From the IMG/VR virus record IMGVR_UViG_3300035698_019437, positions 32,001-96,000 of that record: a DNA stretch of 64,000 bases; one strand, given 5' to 3'. Below, one piece after another: positions 35,490-46,874 of this stretch. The first letter of the stretch is position 1. Every line of letters starts with the position of its first letter. The position numbers were made by a program, and so were the translations under genes. This DNA is from a virus. A model generated the notes under the pieces. The model saw only the letters and a list, made by a program, of their open reading frames with translations. It did not search any database and was not told the DNA's origin.

Positions 35490-38400
35490 TGACATACGGG
35501 CAAACTGATCAACTTACAGCAGAAGAAATTACAAAGTTGAAAGATGGAGAAAGAGCAGATGCTGCTAATATTAATGAGATACCCGCAAATAAGCATTTTA
35601 CTAGAAACTATCAGTCTGGTAGAGTAATTATGAAATGTCTTATCAATAACTATTGTCCGACTAAAGCAGAAAACTTGATAGAAGATGGTATTGTTTTTAA
35701 TAACGATACAGTAAAAACTTTCCCAGAAGATGTTTTTAAAGACTTGTCTTTTGTTATAGGTCAACCTGGAATATACTTAAAAGAAGATTATGTATATAGA
35801 TCAAATTTCTTAGGTGTATCTCCTCTGACTACGCCCGGGATCAACACGGGTGAAGACTTGATAGATTGGTATGAACCTCTGGTAACGTTGGAGAATTATC
35901 CTCCTGATTACCTTGAACACTTTGGTTGGGTTATTCAAAGAAGCGTTTTCGATTATCCTAGTGATCTTATATATCAACCTAAACTTAGAAGGTGTAATGC
36001 CATAGGAAGTCAAAAATGTATATCAGCTAGGTGGGATTACGCGAATAAACCAAGAAATTTGGCCGGTGATGTAAGAATTCCAGATAGTGATCGTGGTAGA
36101 TATCCCACTTCTGACGAAAGACGAGATTCTAGGATAGTCTTCCCTTTTCAAAAAGCAAAGAATAAAACTAAGAAGTATTCAGGTACTCCGCCAACGTATG
36201 TGACCACTCCTGTTCATTGGAGATTAGAGAAGCATGTACCTCTTTTCTATGGAGAAGATTTTTTCATAGAGTTTATTCCTGCATCACACGAGTCAGATAT
36301 CTCTAATGTTAAATCTACAGCTTTCCATTCTTATCCAAGGCCACAATATAAGGCGTTAGATGTGTATGCAAATGTTGATTTATCGGGGCCAGATGTTCCG
36401 GAGAATAATGGGGTAGTTTCTTATGAAGCAGTTTTTAAGGATGGTACAGATGAGATAGAAAAATATAAAGCTGTAGAAAGCTCCAAAGCTTTATTAGATT
36501 TTAACAAACAAGCATACTATGTAGTAGAGATTGGTGTAAATAGTCCTGACCATAATTACTTTATAATTATTACAGAAAAAAGCAACCCCACTATTGTTAG
36601 GGTTGTTCGACAAAATGGTAAATATCGTTCGTATAATTTGGGATCGTATGCTCCAATAAAAGGAATATCTTTGTTAAAAAGAAGGTCATTCCGTATGACA
36701 GTTAGAAATCATCTAGGGAAATTAGTGATCACCTTTTCTGGATACGAAAATCAACCTTGGGTTATAGAACAATTATCTTTAAGCGACAAGGATGTTAAAC
36801 TTGTTACTGTGCCAGGAGGGTGGGACAAAGCAAGAAAGGTGGATCATGGTGGCATGACAGTATGGGGAGGAAATAAACCAGCAGGCTTCATATTCGGCAT
36901 TTTACAATATCAGTCATATTATAATTTGCTTTTACCAGTATCGGATAAGAACGTATCTACTCCGGATTCTATACAAAAGAGGCAAAAATTTGAATTACCA
37001 TTTAAAGGGACATATGGCAATATTTCTTTATTGAGTGCGCAAGATGGTGGGCTAGATATAAGTATATTACCAGAAAAAACCTTAAGTGGCCCTCCTGCGA
37101 GAGTATCCAACATTATAGATGATTTTTTTGTTAATAGGAGAAAGAGAGATAAACAACCAATTTTTACATGTGATGCGCAAAGAATAGAAGAATATTCGGT
37201 AGAAGTAAAGTCCGATGGGTCAATGGGAATAAGAAAAGAACATGCTACTTCATTTGTTCCATACGCTACCTTGGGCCATGGCTTAAAAGATTTTCCCGGA
37301 AATACTGCTGTTATCTTATATGGGAAACAGATACAGGGTTTACAAATCGACATCGCTAATGAACAAGAAAATGCTTCTCTTCTGTTTAAACTTGTTATAC
37401 TTTTATCTCAACAAGACCCTATAGATCAAGTTGAAATTGAAAAAAGGTTAGCAGAAATAGAAATAGTTAATCAAAAGATCAAAAGACTTAATACGAGTTT
37501 GTCAAGTTTATTTAAATTGCAAAAAGAAATGACAGAGAATGATCCTAATTTTTCTGGAATAAATTTGTCTATGATACCAGATGTTACAAAAAGTACCGAT
37601 CAAGCCATGAAGTTTTTTGTCTATGCTCAACTAGTAGCAGGTAGTCATCCATTTGATTACAGAATTCAAGCACTTCAACGAACTGATGGTACTCCGATAA
37701 CCACCAAAGACAGAAGTTGGACATGTCCTAATTGTGTTACTCCTGTTTTGAGTAATATAAGGTTGGTTTCTTTTCCGAGAGATGATAGCGCGTGGGGTGC
37801 AAATAAAATAGATGCGAGCGACCTGGTAATGAATTTTTCAGAGACATGGACGGCTTCAGATTTTCATAAAATAGAACATACAGGAAGTATCAACTTTCTG
37901 ATTAATCCCGGAATGAGAGCAGACGAAACAGCTACAAGAGTAGAGAATCTTCAAGATAAAGCTTTTTATATAGAAATATGGGCAGGATATGGAGACTATA
38001 ACCTTACGCCTGATTGTAACTATTCTAGATTACCGGGCATGTATAAATTGTTTACTGGTATTTGTTACGGAGGAACCATAACAAAAGAAGCAGGTAAAAG
38101 AGTTATGGAATCTCAGATTTATGATTATAGTAAGATTATAGAAGATCAACTGTTTTTTAATTCTCCGTTTTTTGATGGTATGAGAGATTTAAATGCAATA
38201 AAAACGATGGTTGAGCTATCAGGAATAAAAGATAAAAAACTGTTTGATCCCGGATATCTAGTTAGTCGTGCCGCTGAACACAAAGGAAATGATTACCATA
38301 GAATTCCCACTCCTGATGGCAGGATGTTTAAAGCTAAGCCTTACGCCTTGCCTGCTTCATATCAAAGATTGACTCAGCCATTCTTTAGATATGAGGATGG

Positions 38401-39097
38401 AAAATCTATATGGGAAGGAATGCATGATTTAACGGTACGTTCAGGCAAGGTTATATTCTTTGATGCACACGGTATGCTCCATTATGAAAGTTTGCCATTT
38501 GATACATATTTGTTTGGTAAAGATAGTATAGAAAAAATTAAGAAAGATTTGACTTTATGGTATTTTACTAGCGCGCCAGATGATTATGGTCAACAGATAT
38601 TTAATACTTTTACAATACAGGCTAGCATGGAAGATGTTATTAATAATATTCATGTTATGACTAGTACTCCTGATTTTGAGTTGGTTATTGCTGATGATAT
38701 TAATAAAGAATCTATACAAGACCCATCAAAATCAGGTTTTTTGGGATATAGAAAGACATACTTACAACAAGATGGTATATTTGGAAGCGTAAAAGCTTTA
38801 GCTAATCTTATTCAGCATTATCAAAAGCTGTATGTTCCTCCTGCCGTAGCATCTTTTGAGTCATACGGGTTGCCAATGCGGTGTTTCGACTTAGCTATTG
38901 TTGAAGGTCAACCTTTGATAATAACGAATATATCATCAGAAATTGATCCATCTGCAAATAAATGGTGGCAGACAGTAGAAGGCGAATGGTATCAACCTGC
39001 TGGATTTAGTGAAGGCGGCAATCTTAGTAGCGTACCTAGTTTACCCGCACCGACTACTCAATGGCAGGGCTTCGCTCGTCCAGGTACTGATTCCTAA
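35489..39097 (+). CDS. putative tail hub/baseplate protein
   Basis: C-terminal half has a hub-like pattern (IEIWAGY..LFTG..YDYS..FFDAHGMLHY); synteny. Confidence 0.55.
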   Translation: MTYGQTDQLTAEEITKLKDGERADAANINEIPANKHFTRNYQSGRVIMKCLINNYCPTKAENLIEDGIVFNNDTVKTFPEDVFKDLSFVIGQPGIYLKEDYVYRSNFLGVSPLTTPGINTGEDLIDWYEPLVTLENYPPDYLEHFGWVIQRSVFDYPSDLIYQPKLRRCNAIGSQKCISARWDYANKPRNLAGDVRIPDSDRGRYPTSDERRDSRIVFPFQKAKNKTKKYSGTPPTYVTTPVHWRLEKHVPLFYGEDFFIEFIPASHESDISNVKSTAFHSYPRPQYKALDVYANVDLSGPDVPENNGVVSYEAVFKDGTDEIEKYKAVESSKALLDFNKQAYYVVEIGVNSPDHNYFIIITEKSNPTIVRVVRQNGKYRSYNLGSYAPIKGISLLKRRSFRMTVRNHLGKLVITFSGYENQPWVIEQLSLSDKDVKLVTVPGGWDKARKVDHGGMTVWGGNKPAGFIFGILQYQSYYNLLLPVSDKNVSTPDSIQKRQKFELPFKGTYGNISLLSAQDGGLDISILPEKTLSGPPARVSNIIDDFFVNRRKRDKQPIFTCDAQRIEEYSVEVKSDGSMGIRKEHATSFVPYATLGHGLKDFPGNTAVILYGKQIQGLQIDIANEQENASLLFKLVILLSQQDPIDQVEIEKRLAEIEIVNQKIKRLNTSLSSLFKLQKEMTENDPNFSGINLSMIPDVTKSTDQAMKFFVYAQLVAGSHPFDYRIQALQRTDGTPITTKDRSWTCPNCVTPVLSNIRLVSFPRDDSAWGANKIDASDLVMNFSETWTASDFHKIEHTGSINFLINPGMRADETATRVENLQDKAFYIEIWAGYGDYNLTPDCNYSRLPGMYKLFTGICYGGTITKEAGKRVMESQIYDYSKIIEDQLFFNSPFFDGMRDLNAIKTMVELSGIKDKKLFDPGYLVSRAAEHKGNDYHRIPTPDGRMFKAKPYALPASYQRLTQPFFRYEDGKSIWEGMHDLTVRSGKVIFFDAHGMLHYESLPFDTYLFGKDSIEKIKKDLTLWYFTSAPDDYGQQIFNTFTIQASMEDVINNIHVMTSTPDFELVIADDINKESIQDPSKSGFLGYRKTYLQQDGIFGSVKALANLIQHYQKLYVPPAVASFESYGLPMRCFDLAIVEGQPLIITNISSEIDPSANKWWQTVEGEWYQPAGFSEGGNLSSVPSLPAPTTQWQGFARPGTDS

Positions 39098-39115
39098 TAA
39101 CGAAAGGCAATAACA

Positions 39116-39337
39116 ATGAATCATGTTTATAAAGATTATACTGATACCGTAAAAGAATATACTGGTAGAGCTACGGATCAGTCGATTAATAGAAGTAGGA
39201 GTACGGAAAACATTACACAGGTTGTTGTAAGTGGTTTTAGGTCTCTTCATGCCCACCAGGTTAGGAGATTTTCATATGCCAATAGAGATATTCATATTGT
39301 AGGCAGAGCCGGTGGTGGGAACTCTGTTGGGAGATAA
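39116..39337 (+). CDS. small hypothetical tail-region protein
   Basis: 73-aa ORF in the operon. Confidence 0.65.
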   Translation: MNHVYKDYTDTVKEYTGRATDQSINRSRSTENITQVVVSGFRSLHAHQVRRFSYANRDIHIVGRAGGGNSVGR

Positions 39338-39339
39338 TT

Positions 39340-40959
39340 ATGGCAGGTTTGACTCCTTATTATAAAATGGCGTACTTCGACTTTGGAGATGAGTTAGACA
39401 CTCCGATTAATATGCAAAAAGAAGTTGATAGATTTACGCTAATTGATAGGCAAATATTCGGGATGTACCAAATTTTTGGTAACGGTGTTATAACTGGATG
39501 GCAAGTGTATGATAATGGGTTCACTGAAGAAACTGGTATAAGTATCGGCATAACAGAAGGAAGTGGAGTTATAGATAGTATCTCCGCTGTCACGAATTTT
39601 CCTGATCGTATCGACGGGCTTATCCCCAACACTACTACAGATATCTATGTCGTATTGGTAGCTTCTACAGTCACTGACAGACTTCCATCTTTTGTTTTAG
39701 CAACACCAAATTCTGTTTTACCAAATACATCTACTATGCTGAAGATAGCTTCTGTTACTACATCAGATAATGGTATATTATTACTAGATAATACGGTAAG
39801 AGAGCTTATAACTTTTCAACAGATTATTCAAGATACTGTAGATGATCATAAGCATCGTGGAGAACCCACAAAAATAGACCTTGAAAAAGAAGTTAAAAAC
39901 CAACTTCCCGGCGCTAGAATAGAAAATTTCGATGCATCTAAAATAGAAAACGGTAGAGTCGATAGAGGAAGAATACCGACTTTAGATCATACAGAACTAG
40001 ATAATGTGGGTATTTTAACTCATGCATCTTTAGACAGTTTCATACAAGCTATTACTGTTCCTAATTTAGGTTTGTTAGGAGAAGTTGCTACTGTCAATCT
40101 TCTTAGACAAACGATATTTTTGAAATATAAATATCCTACAGTAGATAATTACTTTGTGAACGAGTTGGCTGTATTGCCGGGTATATCTTTAGATTCTCAA
40201 ATAGATTTTAATGCAAGTACGGCTGTTATAGATATAATTTCTGGGTGTATCGCAGGATTCCCGTTTGCAGATACAAGTGCTTACTTCTTTACTAGTAATT
40301 TTTCTTTATCTAACAATGTTATAAGAGGTATTCTTACAAGCAGAATTACTACCCCTAACAGTTCAACTGTACAATTTGGAATCAATACAACAAATTCAGT
40401 TGATTTTGATAATGATTATGAAGTGATAACCGAAAATTCTGTGTTTACACTGGATCAACCAGGCGAAAATCTTAGAGTAGGTATCAAACTTGTATCAGGA
40501 ACAGGGTCTCATAACCCGTACGCTGTTAATTTTACAAACTTCGTAGACTTTGTGTTTGTTAACGAATCTACATCTTCGGCCACGTTCCATTTTAGAATTA
40601 GATTTTATAATGATGAGTTTTTGACAGATTTATTTACTACGGCATACAGCGGTAGTGATCAAGAGGGTTGGGTAATAGATGACAAATATGATATTCCGTT
40701 AATAGGATATACGGTTGGTGCAAGTGATGCTATCAACGTTTCATATTACCCAGACTTGTCTACGTTTGTGCAAGACAAAGTATATTATCTAACTATAGAT
40801 GCTTTTGACGGGTCTTCGTTTGTATCTGAATCATCTGGTTATACTTTTGTTTCAGGCGGAAGTACTACATGTGATCAATATTCTAATTTGCCAACTGTTA
40901 AAAACTTTGCTTTGATATTTGAAATGGAAAACGGAAGCAAGATAATGCTTAATCTATAA
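39340..40959 (+). CDS. tail/baseplate structural protein
   Basis: N-terminal RF..ID.Q....GVI.GW.V domain shared with 40959. Confidence 0.65.
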   Translation: MAGLTPYYKMAYFDFGDELDTPINMQKEVDRFTLIDRQIFGMYQIFGNGVITGWQVYDNGFTEETGISIGITEGSGVIDSISAVTNFPDRIDGLIPNTTTDIYVVLVASTVTDRLPSFVLATPNSVLPNTSTMLKIASVTTSDNGILLLDNTVRELITFQQIIQDTVDDHKHRGEPTKIDLEKEVKNQLPGARIENFDASKIENGRVDRGRIPTLDHTELDNVGILTHASLDSFIQAITVPNLGLLGEVATVNLLRQTIFLKYKYPTVDNYFVNELAVLPGISLDSQIDFNASTAVIDIISGCIAGFPFADTSAYFFTSNFSLSNNVIRGILTSRITTPNSSTVQFGINTTNSVDFDNDYEVITENSVFTLDQPGENLRVGIKLVSGTGSHNPYAVNFTNFVDFVFVNESTSSATFHFRIRFYNDEFLTDLFTTAYSGSDQEGWVIDDKYDIPLIGYTVGASDAINVSYYPDLSTFVQDKVYYLTIDAFDGSSFVSESSGYTFVSGGSTTCDQYSNLPTVKNFALIFEMENGSKIMLNL

Positions 40960-43900
40960 TGCCTATATCTACTAAAAAATATGGTTTGATTGCCTTCACC
41001 GATGGTGATGTATATTCTGCTGCTTCAGATAAAGAACGTTTTGTAATCATAGATAATCAACTTGCATCTCTTGCAGATTTAATTACAGACGGCGTTATAG
41101 ATGGATGGTCTGTTGTAGATAATAGTACTACATCTACACTGTCTGTAAAAGTTACGTCTGGCCTTGGATTAATAGATCGCAACATTACGAGAACTTTCCA
41201 ATCATTTTATGTTGATATAACAGATAACACTACTTTGTATGTTTATATGCAAAGAAAAAGAGACTATATAGCATCCTTTAGCCCGTTTTCTGAAAGGGCA
41301 AGCGTTATTTATGTTGATGCGACACCTCCAGATATGCCAACTGGACTTCATGCCGCTAGAACTATATACAGCTCTATTACGATAGCATGGAATAACAACA
41401 TAGAACCTGATTTATCTTATTATTCTATAGAGAAAAGTATAGATGGCGTGGTGTTTGCAGAAGTTTCTCAAGAGACTGATCCTATCTATATAGATACGGA
41501 TGTCAGCGACAACACGACATATTCTTATAGGATTATAGCTGTCGATAATAGTGGTAATAACAGCGTCACTTCTGCTGTTGTTACAATTACTACTCCTGTT
41601 GATACAACGTCACCAGTAAATCCATCGTTCTTGTTGGTTTTTGTAGGCGACGGTCAACTAGAATTAGTTTGGGAAACTCCTAAAATAGGCAGCGTTTCTT
41701 ACTATGAGGCAAGAGTTCAAAAGTTAGATGAGCAACATCAAGAGACTGGTTCTATATCTGTCTACACCGCAGATTCTATTGCTACTAATCTTTTTATGTT
41801 GGGGCTTGATAATGAGACATCGTACAAAGTTGAATTCTATGTAGTGAATCCAAACGGCGTAAAGTCTCCTGGTCTAGTAAAGATAGCAACTCCTGTATCT
41901 AACATTGGACCGCAAGAAATAAGTGACTTGACAATATACGATTTGCAAAGCAGTGTTTCTGAAAACGGTGTGTTGTTGAACATTTCATTTATTCCCGGAA
42001 TAGACCCATATAGAACATTCGCAGATGTTTTTATAATTACATTAATAGAAAACGGGATAACTACATCTGATGAGATTATTATAACCAACTCTAATGCATT
42101 AGAAATATCTTTGTTTAACGTTGACGGATTAATAAGTCCTATTTTACCAAGAACTGATTATATAATTAAAGTTCAAGGTAGGGATTCGGATGGGAATGTC
42201 AATAATGGCGTAGTTGGAAGAATAGAAACTAGGAATTTTGTTTCTCCTGCATCTCCGAGTAACCTGAACGTTGTTTCATATTTTGATAATGGAATACATT
42301 TTTCATGGACGAATAGTGTAGATATATTTAATCACAATACAATAACTGTTATAAAGCAGAATACATCTACCGGTGCTCAAACGGTATTAGAAAATTCTAC
42401 TAATATAGGTAAAGCTGCATCATATGTTATTACCAAAGAAAACATTGAAGGTAATTTTACTTATTCTATACAGTTGTATGCAGTTGATGAATATGAAAAT
42501 AGAAGCAGTACTGTTTCTAAATCACTAATTGTCGAAGCGTTTGAAGCTCCTGATATACCTTTAGAACAATTTGCTTTGTCAGGTGTTGGAAGTGTATTTT
42601 TGGGGTGGGAACCAAGAAATGATCAGCCAACAGAGTATTACAAAATATGGAGATCAGATTATGACGAGAGATCAGTTACTGCTAGTGATTTTTCTCTCAT
42701 CGATACCATCCCTGGTTCATTAACATCATATACGGATTATACTGCTGAGCTTGAATCTAGATACTACTATTTCGTAACCGCTGTTAGCAAATTTGGTGGA
42801 GAATCCCTCAATCCAATAGACGATGAGTTTTATTATTATGACATGATTTATGCTTTTGGCGGATATTCTCATACAACAATACAGCCCGGTGGAATGGCTG
42901 CTACTAATTCAGGCGTTGCAGATGATTTCGATATTAGTCTGTCATGGGATGCTCCTGATAACGCAGAGGCTTTTGATGGATATGAAATATATAGGTCAGA
43001 TGGCAACACTTATGCATGGGAGAAAGTAGATAGCGTTGATAGGTATGAAACAAGTTATACAGATATAGACGCTGCAATAGATAGCCAGACTTACTACTAT
43101 ATGGTAAGACAGTTTAGAGATGAGGCGAGATTGTTTGTATCTACATCACCCTCCGCGCCTGTTGATTCTGTTGTATTAGCAAAAGTAACAACTACTTTAG
43201 GTCTAGTTACTGTAGATTCATCTGTATCTAATCAACTTGCACAATGGAGAGACCCACTTTTAGATTATATCAATGAAAAAACTGATGAGCATCAACACAT
43301 ATTTACTACAGAAAAAGACCGAAGAATCGATCTTCGAGAAAATGTAGTTATTACTGAGTGGACTACACTAGATAATAAGAAATATGGCACTGTACAAGAT
43401 TTAACAGGCGCTACTTCATACGTTGTTAAAGTCGATGGCTCTTTGCCTAATATGATGTATGAGGTTGATGATTTACTAGGTACAGTCATTTTTGAAAGAG
43501 CAACTGAATCTGACAATATAAGTGTAGAACTAGTTGGAGTTAATGAAACTCAGAATACGTTACCGAAAGAGAAAGTCTCCCAGGTGTTCGGTGAACAGGT
43601 TAAAGGAGACGCATTCGCCGTTGAACAGATTCCGATCTTAGACCATTTAGGTAGAACGGTTGAAGAGCTTGTTCCTGTACAGTTAAGAATGCAGACTTCC
43701 GATGGCTTTAGGTTTACAATTGCACAAAATAATTTTAGCGATGTTGATGAAACAGTAGGAACTTCTGTTACGTTTTATCAAGTAATGCAAGCGATTGTAC
43801 CAAATCAGGTTGAACTTTGTTGGGAAGATTTGATATTTCCAGAATGGGATGACCTTCTTTTTAACGAATGGTCTAAATTCCCGTTTGATTGTTCTTCATC

Positions 43901-46862
43901 TACCCCTACAGGAGATGTATATATACTGATTGCGGCGACAAGTTGGGGAATTTTATCTAGTCTTGATAACGGAACAAACTGGGTTGTTTCTTTTATAGGA
44001 GATGGCCCGATCCATGCTTTATATTTTGCTCCTGTATCTAGTAGATACTATGCTCTAGGTAACGATACTGTATATTTGAGTTATAACGGCATTACATGGG
44101 TAAGGACCAACAAAATTGAGAACGTATCAGCAGTTAGAGATATAGTTGAAGACTCGTCTCAAAATATATTTATCAGTACGAATTTGGGAGTCTATATACT
44201 AGAACCTGGAGACGTGGGAGATTATCTGGATTGGCAGCAGACAAGATTGATCGGTGCGACAACTTCGGACTGTTATGGACTTTGGTTAGATTCAGTTGGG
44301 AGTAGACTTGTAGTAAGTACGGAAATTGGATTGTTTGAAACTAATAATAATGGCATAACGTGGTCTTATACATCGGAGTTTGATGAAGAACAACCTATAT
44401 ATCAGTTCACAGAAGATAGCGGCTTTTTGTTTGCTTTGACGGACGGAGAAATCTGGAGAAAAGTCGCAGCTAATAATTCAGATAATCTATTAAAAGTTGG
44501 AGACCTGAATTCAGATGTATCCAGAAAATTTGTGATTTATGACAGTCATCTTATTATTAACAGCAATGACGGTATAAGAGTTTCCAGAAATAATATACAC
44601 AGTAGTAACGATGTCCAATTTGACGAAGATGCCAGCGATATACGATTTGCTGCTCGTAAGACAGAAGTTACATCCATAGACGTTGTTAATTCTATATTAT
44701 ATATAGGTTCTGACGAACACTTATTCAGTGGAACAGACATAGATGATATGTCTATTTTATATGAAAATCTCAACGGAAAGACTCCTACGGTTTACGTTAA
44801 TGGAGAAAGACAGGTGCTGGGATTCGTATATGATACTACTAATAACGTTATTTCATTCAGCAGATTGATAGATGAAGATGCAGAAGTATTGGTAGCTAAC
44901 CAGTATCAGCTTTATCGAGCTAAAAATGGCGGCTGGATTGATCAAAAATATATTGAATCTGTTAGCGTCCTGCAAAATAAGATACAGATTACTTCCGTAA
45001 CCGGCGCAACTAGTGGTCAGTTGGTTTCATCCTTCACGGAAGTTGTATTTCCTACGTTCGATGAAACAAATTCAAATAGCGAAACCGCTACTCCTTTGAG
45101 TCAAGAATATTTGGCAGAGGTACAAAGATTTCAAGATATAATCGCGGGTACAGAAATACTTGATGATGACGAAACATTGCAAGATGTAGCATCTAATATA
45201 GTTGGTCTATATAATGAAACGTATTCCCAGTTTTTAGGGCAAATTCGTTTTATATCTCTGATCGAGTATGATGATAATGATTATACTTTAGTAGGATTTG
45301 AGAGAGTATTGTCTACTTTAGATGATACGTTGTTATCTGATTATACTTTGGTAGATCATATTCCCAGCGTAGAGATAATACAGGAAGATGTTGTTCAATT
45401 GAACATTGTTGACGGTACTACACTGTTTACCAGCACTTTTGATAAATATGATGATTTAGCCATAAGTATAACAGGAACAACATTTAATGTTGATATGGTT
45501 TATTCTCATCAGGAAATAGATGATAACATAGAACATATAAATTCAGGTTTACCAGCGTCTGGTTTGGCTATAGCCTCTGACTCTAATCTTGTAAAGACTG
45601 GGTTGTTCTTCGAAAAGACATGGCCTGTCGCTCAGGAATCTGATAAAGATGAATGTTGTGGTAATGTGAAGCTATATCCTCCTTTGCAAACTAGTTACAT
45701 TATCCCTCGTGACAAGGCATGGTATGATACATTAAATTCTACGATTGACTATACAGAACATGTAGATTGTGGAGATTTGGGACTTTCTGTTAATTATCCC
45801 AATGCAGTTTTGTATATTCCAGAAGTTAGCAAGGTTTTCGTTGGTTCAGAATCTGGACTTATTTCAGTAAGTACAGTAAATTATGAACTATCTGTTGAAG
45901 CGTTTAGCACATGGAGCTACGAAGAACCTGTTCGTGATATAGTAAGATCAGGAGATGTGATTTATCTTCTTACTAAAGATAGATTGTATTCAAGTACAGA
46001 CTTTGGTGTAACGTGGGAAAAACAAAATATGAATAATTTGTCTCGCGATTTCTTAGCTTTTGCCATAGTCAGAAATACCAAAGTTATAGCTGCAAAAGAT
46101 GGAGTATATTATCTAAATAATAGTGTAGACGAATGGACTAAGGTATTCAAGTTTGGAGCAGATGGAGAATTACCAGCAGATTTTAATCAAGATGGTAAAG
46201 TAGATGTTTATGATTTGGCTGTTATTTCTAATAATTGGCTTGGAACCGATAAAACATTTTCTCAAGGAGACGCGAATGGAGATGGAGTTGTCAATCAATT
46301 AGATTTAAATATACTGAATGCATATTATGGTAGAGCAGACGCTTTTCTTTCTAATAAAGAAACGTCATCAGTAATCTTCTTCAACTCAAATAACTTGTTC
46401 ATGATAGTAAACAATGAATTGTATTATTCGGTTGACGGTATTCATTGGTCTTATGCAGGAAGTTTTGGAACAGTAGTTGTCGGTGATATAATCAGATATA
46501 GAAATAATATGGTTTTGGCTACGGTAAGCGGATTAAGATATGATGGAGGTTCATTTTTCAGCAGTTCCGTAGTTACATCGGTTGTAGATTTGCTAAATGA
46601 TTTAACCCAATCTTCATCAATGGAGTTTAATGCAGTAGCTGTGAGTGGAGATGGGACTGAGTTTGTTTCTGGCATGGCAAATGGAACTATCTATTTATTC
46701 GATAATGGTAGCTATATTCCTAAAGATTTATGCGTAACAGGTATGTCTACAATTCATAAGATAATTTATGTTGGTGATGAATTTTGGGCATTTGGACACG
46801 ATAAACTAAGGGTATCTTCTCTTGTTTATCCGATTACACTTAAGACGGGTGTACCTTTTTAA
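40959..46862 (+). CDS. large tail fibre/adhesin: FN3 repeats, Asp-box beta-propellers, dockerin-like domain
   Basis: FN3 signatures (P..L......I.W...YSYRIIAVD.SGN.S); SxDxGxxW boxes; DFNQDGKVD..DL / GDANGDGVVN..DL. Confidence 0.8.
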   Translation: MPISTKKYGLIAFTDGDVYSAASDKERFVIIDNQLASLADLITDGVIDGWSVVDNSTTSTLSVKVTSGLGLIDRNITRTFQSFYVDITDNTTLYVYMQRKRDYIASFSPFSERASVIYVDATPPDMPTGLHAARTIYSSITIAWNNNIEPDLSYYSIEKSIDGVVFAEVSQETDPIYIDTDVSDNTTYSYRIIAVDNSGNNSVTSAVVTITTPVDTTSPVNPSFLLVFVGDGQLELVWETPKIGSVSYYEARVQKLDEQHQETGSISVYTADSIATNLFMLGLDNETSYKVEFYVVNPNGVKSPGLVKIATPVSNIGPQEISDLTIYDLQSSVSENGVLLNISFIPGIDPYRTFADVFIITLIENGITTSDEIIITNSNALEISLFNVDGLISPILPRTDYIIKVQGRDSDGNVNNGVVGRIETRNFVSPASPSNLNVVSYFDNGIHFSWTNSVDIFNHNTITVIKQNTSTGAQTVLENSTNIGKAASYVITKENIEGNFTYSIQLYAVDEYENRSSTVSKSLIVEAFEAPDIPLEQFALSGVGSVFLGWEPRNDQPTEYYKIWRSDYDERSVTASDFSLIDTIPGSLTSYTDYTAELESRYYYFVTAVSKFGGESLNPIDDEFYYYDMIYAFGGYSHTTIQPGGMAATNSGVADDFDISLSWDAPDNAEAFDGYEIYRSDGNTYAWEKVDSVDRYETSYTDIDAAIDSQTYYYMVRQFRDEARLFVSTSPSAPVDSVVLAKVTTTLGLVTVDSSVSNQLAQWRDPLLDYINEKTDEHQHIFTTEKDRRIDLRENVVITEWTTLDNKKYGTVQDLTGATSYVVKVDGSLPNMMYEVDDLLGTVIFERATESDNISVELVGVNETQNTLPKEKVSQVFGEQVKGDAFAVEQIPILDHLGRTVEELVPVQLRMQTSDGFRFTIAQNNFSDVDETVGTSVTFYQVMQAIVPNQVELCWEDLIFPEWDDLLFNEWSKFPFDCSSSTPTGDVYILIAATSWGILSSLDNGTNWVVSFIGDGPIHALYFAPVSSRYYALGNDTVYLSYNGITWVRTNKIENVSAVRDIVEDSSQNIFISTNLGVYILEPGDVGDYLDWQQTRLIGATTSDCYGLWLDSVGSRLVVSTEIGLFETNNNGITWSYTSEFDEEQPIYQFTEDSGFLFALTDGEIWRKVAANNSDNLLKVGDLNSDVSRKFVIYDSHLIINSNDGIRVSRNNIHSSNDVQFDEDASDIRFAARKTEVTSIDVVNSILYIGSDEHLFSGTDIDDMSILYENLNGKTPTVYVNGERQVLGFVYDTTNNVISFSRLIDEDAEVLVANQYQLYRAKNGGWIDQKYIESVSVLQNKIQITSVTGATSGQLVSSFTEVVFPTFDETNSNSETATPLSQEYLAEVQRFQDIIAGTEILDDDETLQDVASNIVGLYNETYSQFLGQIRFISLIEYDDNDYTLVGFERVLSTLDDTLLSDYTLVDHIPSVEIIQEDVVQLNIVDGTTLFTSTFDKYDDLAISITGTTFNVDMVYSHQEIDDNIEHINSGLPASGLAIASDSNLVKTGLFFEKTWPVAQESDKDECCGNVKLYPPLQTSYIIPRDKAWYDTLNSTIDYTEHVDCGDLGLSVNYPNAVLYIPEVSKVFVGSESGLISVSTVNYELSVEAFSTWSYEEPVRDIVRSGDVIYLLTKDRLYSSTDFGVTWEKQNMNNLSRDFLAFAIVRNTKVIAAKDGVYYLNNSVDEWTKVFKFGADGELPADFNQDGKVDVYDLAVISNNWLGTDKTFSQGDANGDGVVNQLDLNILNAYYGRADAFLSNKETSSVIFFNSNNLFMIVNNELYYSVDGIHWSYAGSFGTVVVGDIIRYRNNMVLATVSGLRYDGGSFFSSSVVTSVVDLLNDLTQSSSMEFNAVAVSGDGTEFVSGMANGTIYLFDNGSYIPKDLCVTGMSTIHKIIYVGDEFWAFGHDKLRVSSLVYPITLKTGVPF

Positions 46863-46874
46863 TGGGAGTTTGAA

